DNA of 64,000 nt from Burkholderiales bacterium (GCA_035651575.1 DASRFM010000069.1:12725-76724); one strand, 5' to 3'; shown: positions 29,656 through 38,782, counted from the first letter of the stretch. The notes: generated by a model not told the origin, from the sequence alone. Translations and numbers: made by a program.

Positions 29656-30816
29656 CTACTGCGGCTCGCCTCCGGGCTTGCTCAGCGGCACCCAGACGTG
29701 CTTCGCCGGATCCCAGCGCGTGACGACGACGTCGGTCAGGTCGAGGCCGCGCTGCGGCGAGGCGGCGAAGTCGTGCATGCCGTCGATGCCGGCGAAGCCC
29801 TTGAGGCTGCCGAGATAGTCGCGCAGCTGCACCGCGGTGACGTTCGGCCCGAGCTTGCGCAGCGCATCGACCACGATGAGCCCCGTGTTCCAGGCGATGC
29901 TCGCCGGCAGATCGGGCGCCTGGCCGATCGCCTTGTACTGCGCATAGAACTCCTGGTTCTGCTTTTCCACCGCGGCGGGCAGGCCTTGCATCTGCCCGTA
30001 GCCCGCCCACATGGCGGCGGCGAAGTAGAGCTGCTTCGGCAGGAAGTCGGCGTAGTTCTTCATCTGCGCGTAGGTCATGTTGCCGTCGGTAGTGGCAGTG
30101 GGGACGTCGAGTCCGGCCTGCGCGATGCCCTTGAAGATGGTCGCGATGGGCGCACCCGTGCTCCAGGCGATGAAGGCCTGCGGCTGCGCCGCCTTCACGT
30201 TCTCGATCTGGGCTGCGACGCTCACGTCGGTGATGTTGAAGTGGGCGCGCGCCACGATCTTGATCTCCTTGTTCTCGGGCATCGCCGCCGCCTCGTTCAG
30301 GCCGCGCTCGGCGTCCTGGCCGCTCGCGTCCGAGCTCGTCATGATCGCGATGTTCTTCCAGCCCTTGAGGCGGAAGTAGCGCATCAGCGCCTTGGCGAGG
30401 TCGTAGGTCGAGGTGCTCGAGGTGAAGACGAAGCTGCCCTTCGGCGGATGGATCCCCGGCGACAGGCAGTACATGACCGGCCCGTCCTTCATCAGCGCGC
30501 CCGCCGCGTTGCACATGGCGACGATGGAAGGCCCGAGGATCAGCGCCGGGTTCTTCGCCTTGATTTGCGAGGCGAGCTGCACCGCGGTCTGCGGGCTCGA
30601 CTGGTCGTCGTAGAACGTGAGCTCCAGCGGCCTGCCGCCGATGCCGCCGTTCGCGTTCACCGACTTCTGCAGGAGCTGCAGGCTCTGCTGCTCGCCCTTG
30701 CCGAGGAACGAGGCGCCGCCGGTGAGCGAGGTGATGACGTCGATCTTGTAGGGATCGGCGCCGTGCGCGGCAAGCGCGCAGGCGAAGCTGCACAGCGCAA
30801 CCGATAGCCGTTTCAT
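29656..30816 (-). CDS. ABC transporter periplasmic substrate-binding protein (type I PBP, LivK-like)
   Basis: 386 aa. Signal peptide MKRLSVALCSFACALAAHGA. Contains ...TSLTGGASFLGKGEQQ... SD AAGGAGGAGG upstream. Confidence 0.85.
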   Translation of the reverse strand: MKRLSVALCSFACALAAHGADPYKIDVITSLTGGASFLGKGEQQSLQLLQKSVNANGGIGGRPLELTFYDDQSSPQTAVQLASQIKAKNPALILGPSIVAMCNAAGALMKDGPVMYCLSPGIHPPKGSFVFTSSTSTYDLAKALMRYFRLKGWKNIAIMTSSDASGQDAERGLNEAAAMPENKEIKIVARAHFNITDVSVAAQIENVKAAQPQAFIAWSTGAPIATIFKGIAQAGLDVPTATTDGNMTYAQMKNYADFLPKQLYFAAAMWAGYGQMQGLPAAVEKQNQEFYAQYKAIGQAPDLPASIAWNTGLIVVDALRKLGPNVTAVQLRDYLGSLKGFAGIDGMHDFAASPQRGLDLTDVVVTRWDPAKHVWVPLSKPGGEPQ

Positions 30817-30843
30817 TTTCCTCCTCCTTGTTGTGGCGCGAGT

Positions 30844-31428
30844 CTACTTCCTCGCGTTCAAGTCGTCATCCTTGAAGTACTTCGTGCCCTGGATGGTCGC
30901 CTCGAGCGCGAGGCCGTTCTCGGTGAGCTGGTAGAGGTAGGTGCCCGGCGCCACGCTGATCGCGCCCTCGAGCGCCCCGCCCTCCTTGCCCGCCTTGGCG
31001 ATCGCGTCGGCATGCGCGCCCGCCTCCCAGCCGTCCTCGACGAAGTCATGGAGCGCCTTCTGCGTGGTGAAGACGAAGATGCCGCGGAAGTCCTTCACGC
31101 CGAGGCCGAGGCCGACGCCGCCCGAGAGCATCTTCATGTACGTGTCGCGCCCGCTCTTGTTGTCGTGCGCCACGCCCGAGCCGCCCGCGACCGACATGAT
31201 GACCAGGTTCACGCCGAGATTGGTGAACACCGCGTAGCCCGAGGCCCCCGCGATCCGGCCCTTGGCGGCGGGATGGACCTTGTAGAGCTTCGCGAGCGTC
31301 TCGGCGCGGCGCTTGTTGATCTCCGCGCGCCGCTCCGCCGGAGTGTCGGCCAGCGCCGGCGCGCACAAGCCGGCGAAGACGACCCCGAGAAGAAGCGCAC
31401 GGCCGGTAAAGCTCAGCGGGATTCGCAT
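30844..31428 (-). CDS. SYLF (DUF500) domain secreted protein
   Basis: Internal ATG at 31428 of track ORF 30844..33291. 194 aa. Signal peptide MRIPLSFTGRALLLGVVFAGLCAPALA. GYAVFTNLGVNLVIMSVAGGSGVAHD...GGVGLGLGVKDFRGIFVF is typical of SYLF/Ysc84-like lipid-binding domains. Confidence 0.75.
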   Translation of the reverse strand: MRIPLSFTGRALLLGVVFAGLCAPALADTPAERRAEINKRRAETLAKLYKVHPAAKGRIAGASGYAVFTNLGVNLVIMSVAGGSGVAHDNKSGRDTYMKMLSGGVGLGLGVKDFRGIFVFTTQKALHDFVEDGWEAGAHADAIAKAGKEGGALEGAISVAPGTYLYQLTENGLALEATIQGTKYFKDDDLNARK

Positions 31429-32342
31429 ACCGCGCTCCATTGTCCGTCGATGAGTTCGATGTCCTGCACGAGCTCGGCGCCGAGCTCGCGCAGCTCCGCG
31501 ACCTTCAGCTCGACGGCTTCGCGCGTCGGCGCCGTGACGATGCGCTTGAGCCCGAACGCATCGACGCGCGCCTCGACCGCGAGCTTCGGATTGTCCACGC
31601 TCGCGACCCACATGTTGCCGGTCTTCGTCATGGCGGCGACGAGCTTGTGGCCCTGCGCCGCGAGGCGGTCGAGCGCTTCCTGCAGGCTCTCGCGGCTGCG
31701 CGCCGATACGACGAAGTGCTTCCCGGCGTCGGCGATGGTCGCGGGCGTGCGGTCGATCGCCTGCGCGCTCGCGGCGCGCTCGGCCCGCACGCGCACCGCC
31801 GCCTCGGCGACCCGCCGCCCGACGCGCACCGCCTGGTTCACGGCGTACACCTCGTGCGCGCGCCCATGCTTGTCGTTCCGCGCGCCCTCGTAGCGAAAAA
31901 GGGTTGCGTAGTCCGCGGACAGGCGCGAGACCACCTCGTAGAACGAGCGCGAGACGAGCAGCTCGCCGCGCTCGGCGAAGCCCATGATGCGCTGCGCGAC
32001 GTTGATGCCGTCGCCCAGGATGTTGGCGAGGCCGTTGATGTCCTTCATGAGCGAGATCGGGCCGACGTTGATCCCCATGCGGACCGGGAGCTCGCCCGCA
32101 CTGTCGAAGATCGCGAGCGCGACGTAGAACGCGCTCTCGGGGTCGCCCAGGAAGGCAATCGCCGCCCCGTCCCCGGTGTCCACCACGACGCGCTCGCTCG
32201 CCTCGACGTGCTCGAGCGCGCCGGTGAGCACGGCGTTGAAGTCCTGCTTCAGGCGCACCTGCTCGCCGACGCCGAACTTCGAGTACTCGGCGATATCGAG
32301 GAAGAGCACGCTGCCGACGAGCGTGCGGCCGGCATCGCTCAT
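31413..32342 (-). CDS. Class III adenylate/guanylate cyclase catalytic domain with an unassigned C-terminal domain
   Basis: 309 aa. Contains VLFLDIAEYSKF, GDGAAIAFLG, VRMGINVGPI and GDGINVAQRIMGFAERGELLVS (cyclase homology domain). I do not recognise residues from about 190 to 309. Confidence 0.75.
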   Translation of the reverse strand: MSDAGRTLVGSVLFLDIAEYSKFGVGEQVRLKQDFNAVLTGALEHVEASERVVVDTGDGAAIAFLGDPESAFYVALAIFDSAGELPVRMGINVGPISLMKDINGLANILGDGINVAQRIMGFAERGELLVSRSFYEVVSRLSADYATLFRYEGARNDKHGRAHEVYAVNQAVRVGRRVAEAAVRVRAERAASAQAIDRTPATIADAGKHFVVSARSRESLQEALDRLAAQGHKLVAAMTKTGNMWVASVDNPKLAVEARVDAFGLKRIVTAPTREAVELKVAELRELGAELVQDIELIDGQWSAVCESR

Positions 32343-32345
32343 CGC

Positions 32346-33695
32346 CTAGCGCATCCCCGGCAGCATGCCCTTCATGCCGCGCATCATGCGCTGCAGGTTG
32401 CCGCCCTTCATCATCTTCATCATCTTCTGCATCTGCTCGAACTGGTTGAGGAGCTGGTTCACCGCCTGCACCGAGACGCCGGCGCCGGCGGCGATGCGGC
32501 GCTTGCGCGAGGCCTTGATGAGCTCCGGCTTCGCGCGCTCCTGCGCCGTCATCGAGTTGATGATGCCCTCGATGCGGCGCAGCTGCTTGTCGTCCTGCAG
32601 CTGCGCCGGGTTCACCTGGCCGACGAGCTGCGCCGGCAGCTTGTCGAGCAGCGACGCGACGCCGCCCATCTTCTTCATCTGCGCGAGCTGCTCCTTGAAG
32701 TCCTCGAGGTCGAAGCCCTTGCCCTTGCGCACCTTGTCCGCGACCTTCTTCGCCTGCTCGAGGTCGATCTTCGCGTGCGCCTCCTCGACCAGCGACAGGA
32801 TGTCGCCCATGCCGAGGATGCGGGCCGCCATGCGCTCGGGATGGAAGGGCTCGAGCCCGGCGAGCTTCTCGCCGACGCCGGCGAACTTGATCGGCTTGCC
32901 GGTGACGTGCCGCACCGAGAGCGCCGCGCCGCCGCGCGCGTCGCCGTCGAGCTTGGTGAGGATGACGCCGGTGAGCGGCAGGCGCTCGCTGAAGGCGCGC
33001 GCCACGTTCACCGCGTCCTGTCCCTGCATCGAGTCGACGATGAAGAGGGTCTCGACCGGATTGAGCGCCGCGTGCAGCCCGGCGATCTCGCGCATCATGT
33101 CCTCGTCGACCGCGAGGCGCCCGGCGGTGTCGACGATCAGCACGTCGTAGTAGCGGGTGCGCGCATGCTCGAGCGCCTTTCTCGCGATCTCGAGGGGATT
33201 TTCCTGCGCAGACGAAGCGAAGAAATCGGCGCCGGCCTGCGCCGCGACGGCCTTCAGCTGCTCGATCGCCGCCGGGCGGTAGACGTCGCACGAGACGAGG
33301 AGCACCTTCTTCTTCCCGGCGACGAGGAGCCGGGCGAGCTTGCCGGAGGTGGTGGTCTTTCCAGAGCCCTGCAGGCCCGCCATGAGGATCACCGCCGGCG
33401 GCTGCGCGGCGAGCTCGAGGCCGACGCTCGCGTCGCCCATGAGGTGCGCGAGCTCGCGATGCACGACGCCGACGAGCGCCTGCCCGGGCGTGAGGCTCGA
33501 GAGCACCTCGGCACCGAGCGCCTTCGCGCGCACCGACTCGATGAAATGCTTGACCACCGGCAGCGCGACGTCGGCCTCCAGCAGCGCGATGCGCACCTCG
33601 CGCAGCGCGTCCTGGATGTTCGATTCGGTGAGGCGCGCCTCGCCGCGGAGTTGCTTGACGACCTTCGCGAGCCGCGCAGTGAGAGTGTCCAGCAT
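32346..33695 (-). CDS. ffh: Signal recognition particle protein Ffh
   Basis: Internal ATG at 33695 of track ORF 32346..34679. 449 aa. Contains MLDTLTARLAKVVKQLRG, GLQGSGKTTT, DTAGRL, TKLDGDARGGAALS and a Met-rich M domain. Confidence 0.97.
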   Translation of the reverse strand: MLDTLTARLAKVVKQLRGEARLTESNIQDALREVRIALLEADVALPVVKHFIESVRAKALGAEVLSSLTPGQALVGVVHRELAHLMGDASVGLELAAQPPAVILMAGLQGSGKTTTSGKLARLLVAGKKKVLLVSCDVYRPAAIEQLKAVAAQAGADFFASSAQENPLEIARKALEHARTRYYDVLIVDTAGRLAVDEDMMREIAGLHAALNPVETLFIVDSMQGQDAVNVARAFSERLPLTGVILTKLDGDARGGAALSVRHVTGKPIKFAGVGEKLAGLEPFHPERMAARILGMGDILSLVEEAHAKIDLEQAKKVADKVRKGKGFDLEDFKEQLAQMKKMGGVASLLDKLPAQLVGQVNPAQLQDDKQLRRIEGIINSMTAQERAKPELIKASRKRRIAAGAGVSVQAVNQLLNQFEQMQKMMKMMKGGNLQRMMRGMKGMLPGMR

Positions 33696-33716
33696 GGGGG
33701 GTGCTAAACTGAAGAC

Positions 33717-34571
33717 GTGCCCGACATTGTAATGGACCTCGTCGCGTCCGCCGCGTACGTGGGGCTCGCGTGGCACTTCTGGAGGACGCGCTGGCGCGGG
33801 GGCGCGGCCGACGTCCCGCCGAGCGAGCTCGGGGCGGGCGAGCGCGCGGCGATCCTCGTGCCGCTTGCGCTGCACGGCTGGCTCCTCTATCAGCAGACCT
33901 TCGCCACGCCGGAGCTGCGCTTCGGCTTCGGCACGGCGCTCTCCGCCATGCTCTGGCTCGCGGTGCTGATCTACTGGATCGAGAGCCTGTTCTTCTCGCT
34001 CGTCGGCATGCAGCCGATGGTCCTCGGCACGGCGGGCGTCGTCGCGCTGCTGCCGCTCTGGTTCCCGGGCCGGGTCGTGACCTACGGCTCGTCGGGCGAG
34101 TTCCGCGTCCACCTCGCGCTCGCGATCGTCGCCTACAGCGTCTTCACGATCGCGGTGCTCCATGCGGTGCTCATGGCCGTCGCGGACCGCATGCTCCACA
34201 AGAAGCCCGGCGCTGCCGAAGCGCCGCGCGCCTCGCTGCTTGCCGGGCCGCTGGCCGCCCTGCCGCCGCTGCTGACGATCGAGCGGATGTTCTTCCAGCT
34301 CGTCGGCGTGGCGTTCGTGCTGCTCACCGCGACGCTCGCGACCGGCATGGTGCTGTCCGACTCGCTCTTCGGCCGCGCCATGCGCTTCAACCACGAGACC
34401 GTGTTCGCCGTGCTGTCCTGGCTCACGTTCGCGGTGCTGCTCTGGGGGCGCCTGGTGCGCGGCTGGCGCGGACGCACGGCGCTGCGCTGGACGCTCGCGG
34501 GCTTCGTCATGGTGGTGCTCGCGAACATCGGCACCGCGTTCGTGCTCGAAGTGCTGCTGCGCCGGCCCTGA
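33717..34571 (+). CDS. Cytochrome c assembly family inner membrane protein (YpjD-like)
   Basis: 284 aa polytopic membrane protein, divergent from ffh as in the E. coli ffh/ypjD arrangement. The start is GTG at 33717 or ATG at 33732. Confidence 0.75.
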   Translation: MPDIVMDLVASAAYVGLAWHFWRTRWRGGAADVPPSELGAGERAAILVPLALHGWLLYQQTFATPELRFGFGTALSAMLWLAVLIYWIESLFFSLVGMQPMVLGTAGVVALLPLWFPGRVVTYGSSGEFRVHLALAIVAYSVFTIAVLHAVLMAVADRMLHKKPGAAEAPRASLLAGPLAALPPLLTIERMFFQLVGVAFVLLTATLATGMVLSDSLFGRAMRFNHETVFAVLSWLTFAVLLWGRLVRGWRGRTALRWTLAGFVMVVLANIGTAFVLEVLLRRP

Positions 34572-34575
34572 CCCG

Positions 34576-35877
34576 GTGGACGGCGGCATCCCGCTCAGCT
34601 GGCAGCTCGGCGCGCTCGTCGTGCTGCTCGCGGTGTCGGCGTTCTTCTCGATCGCCGAGACGGCCATGATGGCGATCAACCGCTACCGCCTGAAGCACCT
34701 CGTCGCCGAGGGCAACGCCTCGGCGCGGCGCGTGGCGGAGCTGCACCGGCGCACCGACCGGCTGCTCGGCGGCATCCTGATCGGCAACACGCTCGCGATC
34801 GCGGCGGCGAGCACGCTCTCCAGCCTGATCGCGGTGCGCCTGCTCGGCCAGGACAAGATCGCCTACGCGATCGGCACGGTGGTGATCTCGTTCCTCATCA
34901 TCATCTTCTCCGAGATCACGCCGAAGGTGATCGGGGCGACGCATCCGGAGCGCGCCGCGCTGCTCCTGTCGTACCCGCTCAAGGCGACGCTGCGCCTGCT
35001 CGACCCGGCGGCCTGGCTCGTCAACCTGTTCGTGCGGCCGCTCCTCTGGATCCTGCGCATCCGGCCGGGCGGCGCGGGCGACGTCGCCAAGCTCTCGCCC
35101 GAGGAAATCCGCACGCTGGTGCTCGAGTCCTCGAGCTTCATGCCGAAGAAGCACCTCTCGATCCTGCTCAACCTGTTCGACGTCGGCTCGATCACGGTCC
35201 AGGACATCATGCTGCCGCGCGCGCGCATCGAGTCGATCAAGCTCGACGACGACATGGAGACGATCGTGCGCCAGCTCGTGACCGCGTACCACATGCGGCT
35301 GCCGGTATTTCGCGACGCGCTCGGCGAGGTGATCGGCGTGCTGCACCTGCGCAAGGTCGTCGCCGCGCTGCCGACGCGCACGCTCGACAAGCCGACGCTC
35401 GAGTCGATGCTGGTGGAGCCTTATTTCATCCCCGCCACGACGCCGGTGCTGTCCCAGCTGCAGTACTTCCAGGAGAACCGCGAGAACCTCGCCCTCGTCG
35501 TGGACGAGTACGGCGAGCTTCTCGGCCTCGTCACCCTCGAGGACATCCTTGAGGAGATCATCGGCAAGTTCACCACCTCGCTGCCCGCGGCCGGGCCCGA
35601 GCTGTCGTGGGACGACGACGGCGCCGCCACGGCCGACGGCGCGACGCCGGTGCGCGACGTGAACCGGGCGCTCGGCCTCAACCTGCCGACCGAGGGCCCG
35701 AAGACGCTCAACGGGTTGATTGTCGAGCACTTGCAGGACATCCCGGAAGCCGACGTGTCGATCAAGATCGGCGCCGTGCCGATGGAAATCGTGCACGCGC
35801 AGGGGCGCACGGTGAAGACGGTGCGCATCTTCAAGCCGGTCGAAGCCATCGAAAATTCCGAGGTCTCAGAGGCTTAG
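34576..35877 (+). CDS. HlyC/CorC-family transporter (DUF21-CBS pair-CorC_HlyC domains)
   Basis: 433 aa. Contains ...SAFFSIAETAMMAINRYRLKHL..., CBS region ...VQDIMLPRARIESI... and ...LALVVDEYGELLGLVTLEDILEEIIG. Confidence 0.88.
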   Translation: MDGGIPLSWQLGALVVLLAVSAFFSIAETAMMAINRYRLKHLVAEGNASARRVAELHRRTDRLLGGILIGNTLAIAAASTLSSLIAVRLLGQDKIAYAIGTVVISFLIIIFSEITPKVIGATHPERAALLLSYPLKATLRLLDPAAWLVNLFVRPLLWILRIRPGGAGDVAKLSPEEIRTLVLESSSFMPKKHLSILLNLFDVGSITVQDIMLPRARIESIKLDDDMETIVRQLVTAYHMRLPVFRDALGEVIGVLHLRKVVAALPTRTLDKPTLESMLVEPYFIPATTPVLSQLQYFQENRENLALVVDEYGELLGLVTLEDILEEIIGKFTTSLPAAGPELSWDDDGAATADGATPVRDVNRALGLNLPTEGPKTLNGLIVEHLQDIPEADVSIKIGAVPMEIVHAQGRTVKTVRIFKPVEAIENSEVSEA

Positions 35878-35953
35878 AAGAGGAACTTCAGCCTTTACAA
35901 AAAACCCCCTGCCGGGCATCATCCCGGCGTTCACCGCAGGGGAGCACGACAAC

Positions 35954-37183
35954 ATGGCAACCGCAGCCGCGACTGCAGGTGCAGCAGGTCCGAAGCAATT
36001 CAGTTTCACCTGGGAAGGCAAGGACAAGGCCGGCAAGACGGTGCGCGGCGAAGTCCGCGCGACCAGCGAGGCCGCCGTCAACGCCACGCTGCGCCGCCAG
36101 GGCATCCTGGTGCAGAAGGTCAAGCGCGCGAAGCAGAGCACGGGCGGCAGCGTCGGCCAAAAGGACGTCGCGCTCTTCACGCGCCAGCTCGCGACGATGA
36201 TGAAGGCGGGCGTGCCGCTTCTGCAGTCCTTCGAGATCGTCGGCAAAGGCGCTTCCAATCCGGCCGTCGGCCGCCTCGTGAACGAGCTCAAGACCGAGGT
36301 CGAGACCGGCTCGACCCTCGCCACGGCGTTCCGCAAGTACCCGCTTTACTTCGACGCGCTCTTCTGCAACCTGGTGGCCGCCGGCGAGCAGGCCGGCATT
36401 CTCGAGACGCTGCTCGACCGCCTCGCCACCTACCAGGAGAAGATCATCGCGATCAAGTCCAAGATCAAGAGCGCGCTCTTCTATCCGGTGGCGATCGTCG
36501 CGGTCGCGTTCATCATCACCGCGGTCATCATGATCTTCGTGATTCCGGCGTTCAAGCAGGTGTTCGCGAGCTTCGGCGCCGACCTGCCGGCACCCACCCT
36601 GATCGTGATGGCGATCTCGGACTACTTCGTGCAGTACTGGTGGCTCATCTTCGGCGTCGCGGGCGGCGGCATCTACGGCTTCCTCGAGGCCTGGAAGCGC
36701 TCGCAGGCGGTGCAGATCTTCATGGACCGGCTCGCGCTCAAGCTGCCGATCTTCGGCGAGGTCATCCGCAAGTCGACCATCGCGCGCTGGACGCGCACGC
36801 TCGCCACCATGTTCGCGGCGGGCGTGCCGCTCGTGGAGGCGCTCGAGTCCGTGGGCGGCGCCGCGGGCAACTATGTCTACCTCACCGCGACCAAGCAGAT
36901 CCAGAACGAGGTCTCCACGGGAACGGCGCTCACGATGGCGATGCAGAACGCCAACGTCTTTCCCTCGATGGTGATCCAGATGTGCTCGATCGGCGAGGAG
37001 ACGGGCGCGCTCGACTCGATGCTCGGCAAGGTGGCGGACTTCTACGAGGCCGAGGTGGACGACGCGGTGGAAGCGCTCTCCTCCCTGATGGAGCCGCTCA
37101 TCATGGTGGTGCTCGGCGGCCTGATCGGCAGCATGGTGGTCGCCATGTACCTGCCGATCTTCAAGCTCGGCGGCGCCGTCTAG
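35954..37183 (+). CDS. pilC: Type IV pilus assembly platform protein PilC (GspF family)
   Basis: 409 aa with two GspF repeats: FTRQLATMMKAGVPLLQSFEIV... and WTRTLATMFAAGVPLVEALESV... Confidence 0.92.
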   Translation: MATAAATAGAAGPKQFSFTWEGKDKAGKTVRGEVRATSEAAVNATLRRQGILVQKVKRAKQSTGGSVGQKDVALFTRQLATMMKAGVPLLQSFEIVGKGASNPAVGRLVNELKTEVETGSTLATAFRKYPLYFDALFCNLVAAGEQAGILETLLDRLATYQEKIIAIKSKIKSALFYPVAIVAVAFIITAVIMIFVIPAFKQVFASFGADLPAPTLIVMAISDYFVQYWWLIFGVAGGGIYGFLEAWKRSQAVQIFMDRLALKLPIFGEVIRKSTIARWTRTLATMFAAGVPLVEALESVGGAAGNYVYLTATKQIQNEVSTGTALTMAMQNANVFPSMVIQMCSIGEETGALDSMLGKVADFYEAEVDDAVEALSSLMEPLIMVVLGGLIGSMVVAMYLPIFKLGGAV

Positions 37184-38047
37184 GTGACCTTCTTCGGCTG
37201 GCTCCAACAGCCAGCCGTGCTGCCCTGGGTGGCGGCGGCATTCGGGCTGTGCATCGGCTCGTTCCTGAACGTCGTCATCCACCGCCTCCCCAGGATGCTG
37301 GAGCGCGAGTGGCGCGCCGAGTGCGCGGCGCTCTCCGGGCAGGCGGTTCCCGCTGAGGCACCGTACAACCTGGTGGTGCCGCGCTCCCGCTGCCCGGGCT
37401 GCGGACACGGCATCACGGCACTCGAGAACGTCCCGGTCCTGAGCTGGCTCGCGCTGCGCGGGCGCTGCTCGGCTTGCGGCGCGCGCATCGCCGCGAAATA
37501 CCCGGCGGTCGAGCTCCTCGCCGCGCTCGGCGCAGGCTACGCCGCCGCGCGCTTCGGCGCCTCGCTCGCCGCGCTCGGCGCGGCGCTCTTCGTCTGGTTC
37601 ACCATCGCGCTCGCCTTCATCGACCAGGAAACGGGGCTCCTGCCCGACGACCTGACGCTGCCCCTGCTCTGGTGCGGGCTCGGGCTCAACCTCGCCGGCG
37701 CCTTCGTGCCGCTCGGCGAGGCCGTGACCGGGGCCGCGGCAGGCTACCTGTCGCTGTGGGGGGTTTACTGGGCGTACAAGCTCGCCACCGGCAAGGAAGG
37801 CATGGGCTACGGCGATTTCAAGATGAACGCCGCGGTGGGCGCCTTCGTCGGCTGGAAGATGCTGCCGCTCGTGATCCTGCTCTCCTCGGTGGTCGGGCTC
37901 GTCTTCGGCGCGTTGCAGATGTTCGCGGTGCGGCGGCACTGGGACGCGAGCTTCCGCTTCCATTTCGGCCCGTACCTCGCCATCGCGGGCATCGTCGCGC
38001 TCTTCTGGGGCCCGCACCTCGTTCGCTGGTACGCGGGCGCCTTGTGA
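37184..38047 (+). CDS. pilD: Prepilin peptidase / N-methyltransferase PilD
   Basis: 287 aa. GTG start directly after the pilC TAG. Contains Cys motifs CPGCGH...CSACG and GMGYGDFKM. Confidence 0.92.
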   Translation: MTFFGWLQQPAVLPWVAAAFGLCIGSFLNVVIHRLPRMLEREWRAECAALSGQAVPAEAPYNLVVPRSRCPGCGHGITALENVPVLSWLALRGRCSACGARIAAKYPAVELLAALGAGYAAARFGASLAALGAALFVWFTIALAFIDQETGLLPDDLTLPLLWCGLGLNLAGAFVPLGEAVTGAAAGYLSLWGVYWAYKLATGKEGMGYGDFKMNAAVGAFVGWKMLPLVILLSSVVGLVFGALQMFAVRRHWDASFRFHFGPYLAIAGIVALFWGPHLVRWYAGAL

Positions 38048-38099
38048 GCGGGGACGCGGGCGCCTTGTGAGCGGGGACGCGGACGCCTCGTGAGCGCGC
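38031..38099. repeat. Three tandem copies of a 23-nt unit spanning the pilD stop and the coaE start
   Basis: Copies at 38031..38053 and 38054..38076 are identical (ACGCGGGCGCCTTGTGAGCGGGG). The copy at 38077..38099 differs at 4 positions (ACGCGGACGCCTCGTGAGCGCGC). Each copy carries a GTGA stop/start motif. Confidence 0.9.
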
Positions 38100-38716
38100 G
38101 CGCCGCGAAGCGCTTCGTCGTCGGCCTCACCGGCGGCATCGGCAGCGGCAAGAGCGCCGCCGCAGAGGCGTTCGCCCGGCTCGGCGCCGCGATCGTCGAC
38201 ACCGACGCCATCGCGCATGCGCTCACCGGCCCCGAGGGCGCCGCCATGCCGGCCATCGTTGAGCGCTTCGGCGCGGGCTTTGCTCTTCCCTCGGGGGCGC
38301 TCGACCGGCCCCGGATGCGGGCGCACGTCTTCGCCGACCCCCAGGCGCGGCGCGCGCTCGAGGCGCTGCTCCATCCGCTGATCCGCGAGCGCTCGCGGGA
38401 GCTCATCGCGACGGCGGGCGGCCCGTACGTCGTTCACGTGGTGCCGCTCCTCGTCGAGTCGAAGGACTATCGCCTGCGCGTGGACCGCGTCCTCGTCATC
38501 GACGTCTCGCCCGAGACCCAGCTCCGGCGGGTGCGCGAGCGCGGCCTGTCGGACGAGCAGGCAAGCGCCATCATTGCGAGCCAGGCGCCGCGTGCCGAGC
38601 GGCTCGCCGCCGCGGACGACGTGCTGGCCAACGACGGCACGCTTGATGCACTGCGGCAAGGGGTCGCCGCGCTGCATGCGAAGTACCTGTCCATGGCCGC
38701 CGCTCCGGGAAGCTAA
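38090..38716 (+). CDS. coaE: Dephospho-CoA kinase
   Basis: 208 aa with a GTG start. Contains VVGLTGGIGSGKS, DTDAIAH and LLHPLI. Confidence 0.92.
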   Translation: MSARAAKRFVVGLTGGIGSGKSAAAEAFARLGAAIVDTDAIAHALTGPEGAAMPAIVERFGAGFALPSGALDRPRMRAHVFADPQARRALEALLHPLIRERSRELIATAGGPYVVHVVPLLVESKDYRLRVDRVLVIDVSPETQLRRVRERGLSDEQASAIIASQAPRAERLAAADDVLANDGTLDALRQGVAALHAKYLSMAAAPGS

Positions 38717-38782
38717 GTTGTGCTGCATCCGCAAATCGCTCAGAATCGGGCAGGTTTTTCCTTTCCGGGCGGGAAGCTGTCG

